A DNA stretch of 31,295 nucleotides from Thermoplasmatota archaeon (lineage in GTDB: Archaea; Thermoplasmatota; Penumbrarchaeia; Penumbrarchaeales; Penumbrarchaeaceae). This document shows positions 18,586 to 27,346 of this stretch, one piece after another (position 1 is the stretch's first letter; each line of letters begins with the position of its first letter). Where the stretch lies: NCBI GenBank assembly GCA_965234725.1, contig CBDDUX010000108.1:1-31295 (forward strand), read 5' to 3'. The translations under genes were made by a program, and so were the position numbers. The notes below the pieces were generated by a model, which was given only the letters and a program-made list of their open reading frames with translations, ran no database searches and was not told where the DNA came from.

Positions 18586-20067
18586 TCAATGCTGATGTTC
18601 ATGGCCGTTTCCATGGTTGTGATCATGATGGCCGAATTGATCCTCCTGTCCCTTTCCAGGCCTGAGATTACCAAAGGCCCTGACCATTATCTCCTCCATA
18701 GCAGGATGAATTGTCTGTGCTCTCACAAGAGGCATATAGGTCCCTTTTCCTGAGTTCATAAGGTATACGAGAGGCTGGACCATTGCAGTGGCATGGGGGC
18801 CCACGGCATGCGCTCCCAGGATCTTTCGGGTCTTTGCTTCCAGTATGACCTTCACAAAACTGTTGCCCTCGTCACCCATTGCATATCCCTTGATGGCATC
18901 GTTGTAAGAGGCCTGTCCAACGAGAACGAGAATCTTACTATCTATTGCATCCTGTTCCCTTATACCAACACTGGCCACTTCAGGCCATGTGAAGACTGCA
19001 TGGGGGACCGCATGTTCATCCCGTACCTGCATCTCCTCCTCCGTTTGGGCAACCATATTGTTCCATGCAACTTCAGATTCATAATTGGCAGTGTGCCTGA
19101 ACATATTCCTGCCAATAGCATCACCGATCGCATAGATACCTTCCACATTGGTTCTCAGGAATTCGTCAACTATTACGAAACCCTTGTTATCTACCTTCAC
19201 GCCGGTCTTTTCTGGATGGAAGAGATCTGCATTCGATATCCTACCTGCCGCAACCATGATCTCCTCTGCCCTGAACCTGAATCTTTTTTCAGTTCTCCTA
19301 TCCCTTGCCACCACATATTTCTGTCCGTTCTCTATCCCCGCCTTTTCAACTTCGAAATCGGTATGGACCTTCATCCTCTCCGAGAGTCTCCGTTTTACCT
19401 CCGTTGATATCTCCGGTTCCTCCTGAGGGAGAAGAACCTTGTTCCTTCCCAGTATGATCACCTTCACACCGATGGAATCAAAGAAATGTGCGAATTCGGT
19501 TGCGATGTAACCTCCACCGATGATGATCAGACTGGCTGGAGGTTTTTTCAGTTCCAGCGCCTTGGTCGAATCTATGTATCCGGTCTCTTTCAGACCTTTG
19601 ATCTTCGGAACCGCTTCTCTTGTCCCTGCTGCGATCAGGATCAAAGGAGCTTTCATCTTCTTTCCGTCCACCTCCAGGACCTTTTTATCGACAAAGCTTG
19701 CTGTTCCATGGTAGAAGTCAAGTCCTTTCCCCCAACCCGCTTTTACCCCTCTGGTCATCTGGGCAACATCAGAATCCACAAGTTCGTGCATCCTCTTCAT
19801 TACCAGATCGAAGTCAACCTTCACTCCTTTTGCTGAAACACCTACCCTTTTGGCATCCCTCAACATCTGGACAACATCGGCTGGATATAGAATTATCTTG
19901 GTAGGGATACAGCCCCTGTTCAGACAAGTTCCGCCTATGGGTCCGTTGTCGATGACCGCAACCTTCATTCCCCTGGAATAAGCCTCGGAAGCTGCGTTCA
20001 TACCGGCTCCCGAACCCAATACAATGAGATCATAATCTTTCATATCAATACCATATGCAACTACCAT
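18586..20067 (-). CDS. Class I pyridine nucleotide-disulfide oxidoreductase (dihydrolipoamide dehydrogenase family, mycothione-reductase-like)
   Basis: GSGAG, GGTCLNRGCIPTK, GGGYIATE, IYAIGD, HTANYE, VPHAVFTWPEVASVG, IHPAMEE; His-rich tail. Start likely ATG 20043 (MKDYDL). Confidence 0.9.
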   Translation of the reverse strand: MVVAYGIDMKDYDLIVLGSGAGMNAASEAYSRGMKVAVIDNGPIGGTCLNRGCIPTKIILYPADVVQMLRDAKRVGVSAKGVKVDFDLVMKRMHELVDSDVAQMTRGVKAGWGKGLDFYHGTASFVDKKVLEVDGKKMKAPLILIAAGTREAVPKIKGLKETGYIDSTKALELKKPPASLIIIGGGYIATEFAHFFDSIGVKVIILGRNKVLLPQEEPEISTEVKRRLSERMKVHTDFEVEKAGIENGQKYVVARDRRTEKRFRFRAEEIMVAAGRISNADLFHPEKTGVKVDNKGFVIVDEFLRTNVEGIYAIGDAIGRNMFRHTANYESEVAWNNMVAQTEEEMQVRDEHAVPHAVFTWPEVASVGIREQDAIDSKILVLVGQASYNDAIKGYAMGDEGNSFVKVILEAKTRKILGAHAVGPHATAMVQPLVYLMNSGKGTYMPLVRAQTIHPAMEEIMVRAFGNLRPGKGQEDQFGHHDHNHGNGHEHQH

Positions 20068-20106
20068 AGAGGGTTATTTAGATATAATCCATGAAAAAGA
20101 GTAAAT

Positions 20107-20316
20107 TCATCGTATCAGTCTTTTGATGATGCCTATCATAATGCCCCTCCCTCCGGGTGATAGATCATGGAAAAGAAGGGCGGAAGGTATGCCGAAGGCC
20201 ATTCCTGCTACTAACAGGTCCCATCTCCCCATCCAAACGGAAATGACCACACCTGCCAGATGGGCCAGTAGCACGAATATCTCCTGGTAAGAGAGGAACC
20301 TCTTCAGATCCGTCAT
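20107..20316 (-). CDS. Small membrane protein (2 TM)
   Basis: 69 aa, two hydrophobic segments, ATGA overlap with the upstream CruF-like gene. Confidence 0.55.
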   Translation of the reverse strand: MTDLKRFLSYQEIFVLLAHLAGVVISVWMGRWDLLVAGMAFGIPSALLFHDLSPGGRGIMIGIIKRLIR

Positions 20317-21119
20317 CCGAAGACCACCACCTGGAAGAAATAAGTAATGTAAACAAACAGGAGCAGAAGGCCATATGAAATGACCACACCTGCAGCCATT
20401 GATATCTCCTTGAACAGGGTTGGTACTCTGATCTCATGAATATCCGTCCAAATGATCGTGAAACCGCCCACGGCCATGAACCAGGCAGTATAATTGGCAA
20501 GGGGAACACCAAGCCACTGCCATTCCTCCCAGTGCCAGAATCCATAGTTGGCAAATACCGCATCTATACCAACGTCTATCGAAACCGCCAGAACTCCAGC
20601 TAACAGTCCTTTCTCGATCTTTGCAAGGCGCTTGAGCTCATCTCTTCCTTCTATGGTCCTTATACAGGCATAGATCACAGCGGTCCAGCAGAAAGGAACT
20701 GCCATCTGAGTAGAATCAGCCATTATCCAGGAGTTTGGATTGTACTGGTAATAACCGGATTGGGTGACAGTGATCTCCTCAAGAATGAAACCGTAAACCA
20801 GGGCGAATATGAAGAAGAAAGTGGCTTTCTTCCTTCCCCAATTCTTCCATGCATGGAAATAGGAACCTGCCATGAGGAGAAGGCAGCCTATTTCGAAGAT
20901 ATGGAGAATGACAAGACCGTCCCCATGTCCATTCCATCCCGTTGGAGGGTCTCTGGTCTCGATGACCTTGGCAAGGATGAACATGAAGATGACAAGAGCC
21001 AGTACGATCAGGATCAGTTTCGGGGTCCTTTTCCTGTCCACCCAGGGCGTCTCCGGTACTGTCTCCTCGATATCCATCTTCCCCGTAATGGGCAAGGTGA
21101 TATTTGATTGGGAGGTCAA
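20313..21119 (-). CDS. CruF-like membrane protein (carotenoid biosynthesis / isopentenyl hydratase family)
   Basis: EE..V..GYY.Y, VPFCW, ID...D, FWHW...LGVPLANYTAWF. Start probably ATG 21077. Confidence 0.75.
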   Translation of the reverse strand: MTSQSNITLPITGKMDIEETVPETPWVDRKRTPKLILIVLALVIFMFILAKVIETRDPPTGWNGHGDGLVILHIFEIGCLLLMAGSYFHAWKNWGRKKATFFFIFALVYGFILEEITVTQSGYYQYNPNSWIMADSTQMAVPFCWTAVIYACIRTIEGRDELKRLAKIEKGLLAGVLAVSIDVGIDAVFANYGFWHWEEWQWLGVPLANYTAWFMAVGGFTIIWTDIHEIRVPTLFKEISMAAGVVISYGLLLLFVYITYFFQVVVFG

Positions 21120-21141
21120 GTTTTCTATAATGGCTTAGCAT

Positions 21142-21564
21142 TTGGCACGACGAGGAGTCAGAATGGGAACGGATCAGGTGGAACGGGAATTCACTGTAAT
21201 GACCTACGAGGTGGATTTCGCAGGGATAATGTCCAATCAGGTGTACCAGAGATGGCTGGAGGACCTGAGGATGGAACTTCTCTCAAAATATGTTGATATC
21301 AGGGACCTCTTTTCAGGTGGTTCCGTTCCGGTCCTTGCAAGGACCGAGATAGATTTCAAGCTTCCAGCAAGGTTGATGGACAAAGTCAAAGGTAGGATAT
21401 GGGTCGAGGAATTGATGGGGCCCAGATGGGCCCTTCGGTCGGAATTCACCATTGACGACAGGGTCTGTGCGAAAGCTTACCAGTATGGGGTGTTCGTTGA
21501 TACTGCCACATTCAGACCAATGAACAAGCCCGATGTCCTGCCGGATATTCCCCGTCAGGGGTGA
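21142..21564 (+). CDS. Acyl-CoA thioesterase, YbgC/4HBT hotdog family
   Basis: YEVDFAGIMSNQVYQRWLEDLR, EIDFKLPARLMD. Start likely ATG 21163, after GAGGAG. Confidence 0.85.
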   Translation: MARRGVRMGTDQVEREFTVMTYEVDFAGIMSNQVYQRWLEDLRMELLSKYVDIRDLFSGGSVPVLARTEIDFKLPARLMDKVKGRIWVEELMGPRWALRSEFTIDDRVCAKAYQYGVFVDTATFRPMNKPDVLPDIPRQG

Positions 21565-22163
21565 CGAAAAAGCGCTCTGATCCTATGTCGTTCCATTGAT
21601 GAATGGGACCAGGACTCTGTCTGGAGCTCGATGATCTCCAATCCTTTGAAAAGTTTCTTCAACTCATCAGGACGGAAGAAGTGCTGAATGATGCCGTTTC
21701 CTTTCCTAAACGTCCTCTCCTCCACCATGGTCCCATTTCCCTCTCTGACATCGCCGGTAGATAGGTCCTCGAAAGAAAGGAGTCCGGATGGTTTCATCAG
21801 GTCCATCAGGTTTTCGGAAGCGGTTTTTCTCCCTTCATTTTCCAGAGCACCGATAACATAGTGGGCGCATATGAGATCGAACTTACCAAGGTCCGTTATC
21901 TGTCCGGTCAGATCCATTATATGGAGTTCAGCCTGCAATCCCCTTGACTCGAGCCTCTCTCGCGTTTTCTCAATGGCGGAAGAGGATATGTCCACCCCCA
22001 CAACAGAATAACCGGTTTCAGCCGCTTTGATAAGGGTGGAACCGGTCCCGCAACCCACATCCAGGACCCTTGAGCCCGATGGGAGCTTGGGTAGTGTGTA
22101 TGGGGACCCTCTCCATTGAGCAGCTCCGGTCTTGTAATGAAGTTCCCAAGGGTCTTCGATCAT
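21555..22163 (-). CDS. Class I SAM-dependent methyltransferase
   Basis: RVLDVGCGTG, VVGVDISSSAI, KFDLI, LMKPSG. Confidence 0.85.
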   Translation of the reverse strand: MIEDPWELHYKTGAAQWRGSPYTLPKLPSGSRVLDVGCGTGSTLIKAAETGYSVVGVDISSSAIEKTRERLESRGLQAELHIMDLTGQITDLGKFDLICAHYVIGALENEGRKTASENLMDLMKPSGLLSFEDLSTGDVREGNGTMVEERTFRKGNGIIQHFFRPDELKKLFKGLEIIELQTESWSHSSMERHRIRALFRHP

Positions 22164-22177
22164 CCCATCTTCCCCCC

Positions 22178-22813
22178 TCAGGCAAGAACAGTGAACAGTC
22201 CTTTTAAGCCATCGGCAATGAACTGAACCGCTATTGCACCTAGAAGAAGCCCCATGATCCTTGAGAAGATCTTTGTGCCGGTCCTTCCAAGCCTCTTGAA
22301 GATCAGATCCGAATTCCTAAGAACCAGGTAGGCGAACAGCAGGACGAAGGAGACACAGGCCACGACCACAAGGATGCTTACCAGTTGATTATGTGTACCA
22401 TCGCTGACAGCGATCATCACTGTTGTAATGGATCCCGGTCCGGCAAGCAATGGTACTCCAAGTGGTACCACGCCGACCTGGTCTTTGTCCAGGTTCTCTT
22501 CCTTCTCCTTCGGGTTCAACTTCGCCTCCGGTGTATTTCCACGGACCATGTCCATAGCTATCAGGAAGAGAACTGCGCCCCCGGCTATCCTGAAAGCAGG
22601 AACAGTGATATTTAGAAAATCAAATATTAATTGCCCCAGCAAGGTGAAGATTATCAAGACTCCCAAGGCGACCATCACTGCTTTTTTGATGACCAGCCTC
22701 TTCTCCTTGAGCGTATACCCGGAGGTGAGGACGACATAGTTAGGGACCGCTCCCATCGGATTGATGATGGCAAAGAGGGATAGGAGGGTTGCGATCACGA
22801 ATTCCAGCACCAC
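22178..22813 (-). CDS. MarC family integral membrane protein
   Basis: LFAIINPMG, AFRIAGG, VVPLGVPLLAGPGSIT, SRIMGLLLGAIAVQFI. Confidence 0.93.
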   Translation of the reverse strand: MVLEFVIATLLSLFAIINPMGAVPNYVVLTSGYTLKEKRLVIKKAVMVALGVLIIFTLLGQLIFDFLNITVPAFRIAGGAVLFLIAMDMVRGNTPEAKLNPKEKEENLDKDQVGVVPLGVPLLAGPGSITTVMIAVSDGTHNQLVSILVVVACVSFVLLFAYLVLRNSDLIFKRLGRTGTKIFSRIMGLLLGAIAVQFIADGLKGLFTVLA

Positions 22814-22915
22814 GAATTCCCCGATGGAACCTTGACCCTTATTTAATACTATCTTGATAACTGTCTTTTATAGAGAAAAAACATTGACCATCAGAGGAAA
22901 GAGAGTTGTGGGTCC

Positions 22916-24082
22916 ATGAAGGATGATCTTCGCCGTGGGATCAAAGGCCAGCTCGTAGGTCTCAATTTATGGGTCGTTTGTGTATTCCTGGGTTTCCTTC
23001 TTTATGTGGCCCTACTCTCATCCTTCTTCGGTTTCGTCCTGGTGGTCCTTATACTTTTATTGTTCCTGATCGGAACATTTCGGGTCCTCAGGGGCCTCTT
23101 CCTTATCATCAGGGGTTCAACTAACAGGAGCGGCAGGATACTTGCCACCCTCTCGGTAATGATGCTTCTCACAAGTCCGTTCATGATCGGACTTTCATTC
23201 ATTTCACCAGCACCGATCAATTACATCATTCTCCAGGTAGGTCTCTGGAGTTTTCTTGCATCGATCATACTCCCCTATCTGAAAGGCAGAGGTCTTCTCA
23301 CCGGTATTCCCGCAATTCTTTCATCGACTGTTTTTTCCATCGTCATCCTTGGTTTCATTCTCTTTGGACGGGTAACCCTTCCATGGACACTTCCCTTTGG
23401 TCTGGCCATGACATATTTCATTTTTCTGGAGATCACTCTGTTCCTCAGTTATTTGAGGGCATTGAAATTGGAGGAACTTGACCCATCATCCGGAACGGGG
23501 GTATCGATCACTCCTGTAGTGGGTTCCCCGACCCTTTACCCTCGTGCTCAGAGCCTGGGTGATCTAAAGGCCGATATGGAACCCCATTCACGAAAAGAAA
23601 CGTTGGAAATGGATCCTTCGGAGATACTGAGGCCATCCGAGAAATCGATCGAAGAGCCCAAGGTGAAGTCGTTCGAGGATTTCGTGAATGAAATGGGCGT
23701 ACCTTCTCCGAGGACTCCCCCTAGCGGAACAAGGTCCACTTCCGGCACAACTTCTCAAATGAAGTTCAAGTCGACATCACAACAGGGAAAAAGGATCGAA
23801 GCCGAGGTGGAAGAAGAGAGATATCTCGACATGGAGGATATCCTGATGGATGGTGAGGACCTGTATTCCATTCTCAAGGTTCCTCGATCAGCCACACTCC
23901 TGGAAATGAGGAAAGCATACAGGAAACGGGCGCTATTGTATCATCCTGACCTCAATAGAGGTGTGGGAGAACTGTATCGGGAAACGATCAATGAAGAAAT
24001 GAGGAAATTGAACAAGGCAAAGGAGGTCCTATTCGATCCTTTGAAGCGATCCGAATACGACAGGAGATTGAAGCTCATTTAG
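22916..24082 (+). CDS. Polytopic membrane protein with C-terminal DnaJ (J) domain
   Basis: About 6 N-terminal TM segments, an S/T/P/E-rich linker, DLYSILKV...EMRKAYRKRALLYHPD...LNKAKEVLFDPLKRSEYD. Confidence 0.85.
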   Translation: MKDDLRRGIKGQLVGLNLWVVCVFLGFLLYVALLSSFFGFVLVVLILLLFLIGTFRVLRGLFLIIRGSTNRSGRILATLSVMMLLTSPFMIGLSFISPAPINYIILQVGLWSFLASIILPYLKGRGLLTGIPAILSSTVFSIVILGFILFGRVTLPWTLPFGLAMTYFIFLEITLFLSYLRALKLEELDPSSGTGVSITPVVGSPTLYPRAQSLGDLKADMEPHSRKETLEMDPSEILRPSEKSIEEPKVKSFEDFVNEMGVPSPRTPPSGTRSTSGTTSQMKFKSTSQQGKRIEAEVEEERYLDMEDILMDGEDLYSILKVPRSATLLEMRKAYRKRALLYHPDLNRGVGELYRETINEEMRKLNKAKEVLFDPLKRSEYDRRLKLI

Positions 24083-24089
24083 GAATGGG

Positions 24090-25049
24090 TCAAAATCTTT
24101 CACCAGTCAACCTCTGGAACATCTCCTTGTAAAGATCTGCGATCTTGGTGATCTCGTTTTCAGGTAAGGAGGGTATGGGTGGTTCTCTATCCTTTGGAAT
24201 GCCCTTCTCCCTGGCCTCCATTAGGCTCTCGTGGTATCCGGAGGACCTGTAGAACTGCCTTACAACTTCCTTGGATAGCTCCACCTTCTTCCCCTTCTTG
24301 TATTCCTCGATATCCCAGAAGCGGTCCTCATCCGCGGTTCCGAAGGTATCTATGAGCATGATGTTGCGGTCCTCATCGAATCCGAACTCCTTCTTCCCAT
24401 CGACATGGATCAGGCCCCTGGACCCGGACTCCTTCTCGATCACCTCGTCGATCTTGAGCACGGAATCCCAGATAGATTCCCATTCCCTTCTATCGATCTT
24501 CGCCAGGGCCATGGCTTCTTTGTTGGAAAGCGGCCTGTCCACTTCCTCAAGCTTGGTTGTTGCCTCCAGGAGTGGCTGTGGCAGGGGTTCACCGTAAATC
24601 GGTACATGGTTCTCAGGGAACCCCACATCCCCATTGCTTACTTTTCCCTTTTTCATCCTGTCAAGGAGGGACCCTGCAACATAATATCTGGCTATGAACT
24701 CGAGGGGGATCAGGATCGATGTGGACTCGGGAGTGATCCTTTTCATGTCCCTTTCGATCCTCACCTTCTTTACCCTCATCGAGGATGGTCCTGTCAATTT
24801 TATAAAATGGGACCCTATTCCAAGCTCCTTCCCTTTACCGAACCAGAAGGCAGAGGTCCTGCACAGGCTCTCCCCTTTCCTGGGGATCATGGAAGGGATC
24901 ACCTTGTCGAAGACCGATATCTTGTCAGTGAACTTGAATTCCAGCTCATCGGTTCCCTTTACGGAATAGACCTCTTTCACTTTACCGATCTGTATCAGCT
25001 CAAGTTCTTCACCCATAGAAATGCCTCCTTCATCGATCGATTTTAACAT
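24090..25049 (-). CDS. purC: Phosphoribosylaminoimidazole-succinocarboxamide (SAICAR) synthase
   Basis: GKVKEVY, FTDKISVFD, IPLEFIARYYVAGS, HVDGKKEFG, DTFGTADEDRFW, LSKEVVRQ. Start likely ATG 25016, after GGAGG. Confidence 0.95.
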   Translation of the reverse strand: MLKSIDEGGISMGEELELIQIGKVKEVYSVKGTDELEFKFTDKISVFDKVIPSMIPRKGESLCRTSAFWFGKGKELGIGSHFIKLTGPSSMRVKKVRIERDMKRITPESTSILIPLEFIARYYVAGSLLDRMKKGKVSNGDVGFPENHVPIYGEPLPQPLLEATTKLEEVDRPLSNKEAMALAKIDRREWESIWDSVLKIDEVIEKESGSRGLIHVDGKKEFGFDEDRNIMLIDTFGTADEDRFWDIEEYKKGKKVELSKEVVRQFYRSSGYHESLMEAREKGIPKDREPPIPSLPENEITKIADLYKEMFQRLTGERF

Positions 25050-25886
25050 TTATTTGCGACGCTTCCGGTCATTTTTCTTTTTTCCCCTAACATGGTCCTT
25101 ATGCTCTTCCTTCCTGGATGCCTGATCTTTTTTCCGGTTCGAGATGGATTCCTTCTTATCGGATCTTACCTCCTTTCTCGTTTCAGTCACATCCTTTACA
25201 GGTTGGACCCCGAAAATGTCCTCTCCCTTTTCCTTGAGCTTCCTTTGGAACTCATAGAACTTCAGACCTCTCATCAACGCCTGGCCTATGGGGATCGTGA
25301 TTACCATATAGAGCAGGATCCAGTATGGGAATCCCTTTCCTCCGAAACATATCGTACCGCAGACCTGTTCGAAAGCCGAGCCTGTCAGGGTCCATGAGGG
25401 ATCCCAGGGCGTGGTTGCCGTGGGCTGGGGTACCGTGGAGATGAAGGTGTACATCCACCTGAATATCAATATCGCGATGACCATGGAGAAGATGGAGGCC
25501 TTCATCTGGGTCATCATGGTCTGAGACTGCATTGACATGATGTCGGCGTTCTGCTCCTGAAGCTTCTCTACTTTGGACTTATTATTGTCCTTCTGGGCCT
25601 GCCTCAGCTCCTTATTATAGGCGTTCATTATCCTCTGCTTCCTTGCCAGGTCCATCCAGTCCATTGTAAAATGTCTGATCGTGGTTGAGATCGTGATCGT
25701 GAGAAGACCCGCACCCACCATTGTCAGTAATGGCCATTTGGAGGAAAAACCGATAATTGGCATCAGAACAAGGCCCACATATCCTGAGATAGAGTCTCCA
25801 AGGTCCCTATTGATCATTATCATCATCAGGAACATGAAGGCCAGGGCGTACAGGAAGCCTGTTGGCCCTTGACACATCTCCGCCAT
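25050..25886 (-). CDS. DUF106 / EMC3-TMCO1 (Oxa1 superfamily) membrane protein
   Basis: TM helix, DW..., coiled coil (KQRIMNAYNKELRQAQK), M/Q-rich segment, TM helix, WILLY, basic tail. Possible CTG start at 25925. Confidence 0.8.
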   Translation of the reverse strand: MAEMCQGPTGFLYALAFMFLMMIMINRDLGDSISGYVGLVLMPIIGFSSKWPLLTMVGAGLLTITISTTIRHFTMDWMDLARKQRIMNAYNKELRQAQKDNNKSKVEKLQEQNADIMSMQSQTMMTQMKASIFSMVIAILIFRWMYTFISTVPQPTATTPWDPSWTLTGSAFEQVCGTICFGGKGFPYWILLYMVITIPIGQALMRGLKFYEFQRKLKEKGEDIFGVQPVKDVTETRKEVRSDKKESISNRKKDQASRKEEHKDHVRGKKKNDRKRRK

Positions 25887-25954
25887 GGGATTTTGAACCG
25901 GAGCCTGTTTTTCAGCTTCTGCCAGAATGACACCTCATTATTATTTGGAGGGAG

Positions 25955-26028
25955 GGCCGGGACCGAGATTTGAACTCGGGCGAGGGGATCCACAGTCCCC
26001 GATGCTACCAGGCTACACCATCCCGGCC
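25955..26028 (-). tRNA. trnH: tRNA-His (GTG) with encoded G-1 and no encoded CCA
   Basis: Minus strand: G-GCCGGGA...GGGGA-CTGTGGA-TCCCC...CCGAG-TTCAAAT-CTCGG-TCCCGGC-C. Cloverleaf with G-1:C73. Confidence 0.97.
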
Positions 26029-26057
26029 ATAGGGTTGGATTCTACCCCATACGATCC

Positions 26058-26170
26058 TTATATTAATTTATTTTTAGGATCGGCTCATTGAGTGTTTTAA
26101 ATACAGCAGGGGATTGTTTAAATATTTTCAACTCCAATTTGAATTATATATTAGAATTTGCAGGAGGTGA
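26058..26170. promoter_or_regulatory. Divergent promoter region (tRNA-His leftward, putative lipid operon rightward)
   Basis: Minus-strand TTAATATAAG about 30 nt upstream of the tRNA; plus-strand TTTAAATA (26117-26124) and TTATATAT (26144-26151); SD AGGAGGTGA 26162-26170 before TTG 26177. Confidence 0.6.
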
Positions 26171-26176
26171 GGGAAT

Positions 26177-27346
26177 TTGAATTTCAAGGACTATTTCCAC
26201 GTCAACAAGTCCATCGCGATCGAATGTGGTTTCAGTCCCTATTATCTTGAGATTCAATCATGCATTGGAAAGAGGATGCAGATCCAAGGTAAGGATGTTA
26301 TATCACTTGGATCGAACGACTATCTGGGCCTTTCAAATGATCCGAGATTAAAAAAAGCTGCAAAGGAGGCTATTGACAAGTTCGGTATCAGTCTGTGCGG
26401 GACACCGGTGGTCATCGGATATACCTCATTGAACAGGGAGCTCGAGATGGCCCTTTCAGATCTTCTCAAAACAGAGGAGACCCTTGTCTACCCTTCTGGA
26501 TATCAGGCAAATATTGGCGTATTCAAACTCCTTTCCACTCTTGTGGATGTGATACTGATCGATGAGTATGCCCATTCATGTCTTTACGAAGGGACAAAGC
26601 TCTCAAAGACAGAGGTGAAGAAGTTCAGACACAATGATACAGAAGAGCTCGAATCACTTCTCAGAGAGAACAAAAACAGAAGGATGAGGTTTATTGTGGT
26701 AGATGGCCTCTATTCAACGGAAGGATCCGTGGCAAGGCTCGATAGAATGGTGGAGCTTGCTGAGGAATATGATGCATTTCTTATTGTTGATGATGCACAT
26801 GGTCTCGGAACCATCGGAGAGGAAGGCAGGGGAAGCTGTGAGGTGAGATCGGTACTCTCAAAGGTCGATATGGTGACCGGTTCCTTAGGCAAAACGCTGG
26901 CCTGCACTGGAGGATTCATATCTGCGAACCATGAGATTGCAGACTATTTCAGATACTACTCCTCTCAATTCGTATACTCCACATCCCTCCCTCCAGCAAT
27001 GACCGCTGCATGTATCAAATCCATAGAGATCGTGAAAGGAGCATCTGACCGAAGGAGGAAACTTGTTCGGAACAAAGATAGGTTAATATCCGCCGTTAGA
27101 GACCTGGGATTCAACACCACTTCCTCCGAGACACCATTATTCTCCATTATATCCCGGGATGCATGTGATACGATCAGACTTGCAAGGGACCTCTTCGAGC
27201 GGGGGGTTTATGCGATACCCTTCATTCCTCCAAGCGTTCCCATAGGACGGTCTTGCCTCAGATTCATACCCAGCGCAGAGTTGGATATTGAGGATATTGA
27301 CCAGGTCATAGAGGTTTTCAAGGACCTTGGGGGAAATTACAATTGA
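26177..27346 (+). CDS. PLP-dependent alpha-oxoamine synthase (BioF/KBL/serine palmitoyltransferase family)
   Basis: LGSNDYLGL, SGYQAN, AHSCL, FRHND, VDGLYSTEG, VDDAHGLG, GSLGKT...GG (PLP Lys), YSTSLPP, PPSVP...CLRF. Confidence 0.92.
   Translation: MNFKDYFHVNKSIAIECGFSPYYLEIQSCIGKRMQIQGKDVISLGSNDYLGLSNDPRLKKAAKEAIDKFGISLCGTPVVIGYTSLNRELEMALSDLLKTEETLVYPSGYQANIGVFKLLSTLVDVILIDEYAHSCLYEGTKLSKTEVKKFRHNDTEELESLLRENKNRRMRFIVVDGLYSTEGSVARLDRMVELAEEYDAFLIVDDAHGLGTIGEEGRGSCEVRSVLSKVDMVTGSLGKTLACTGGFISANHEIADYFRYYSSQFVYSTSLPPAMTAACIKSIEIVKGASDRRRKLVRNKDRLISAVRDLGFNTTSSETPLFSIISRDACDTIRLARDLFERGVYAIPFIPPSVPIGRSCLRFIPSAELDIEDIDQVIEVFKDLGGNYN

Noticed and set aside
18586..20067. Mercuric reductase merA
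   Set aside because: No C-terminal Cys-Cys pair, no N-terminal HMA domain and no mer genes nearby.
26177..27346. Naming the gene bioF, kbl or spt
   Set aside because: The motifs are mixed and no biotin or threonine-catabolism genes are adjacent; specificity cannot be read from sequence.
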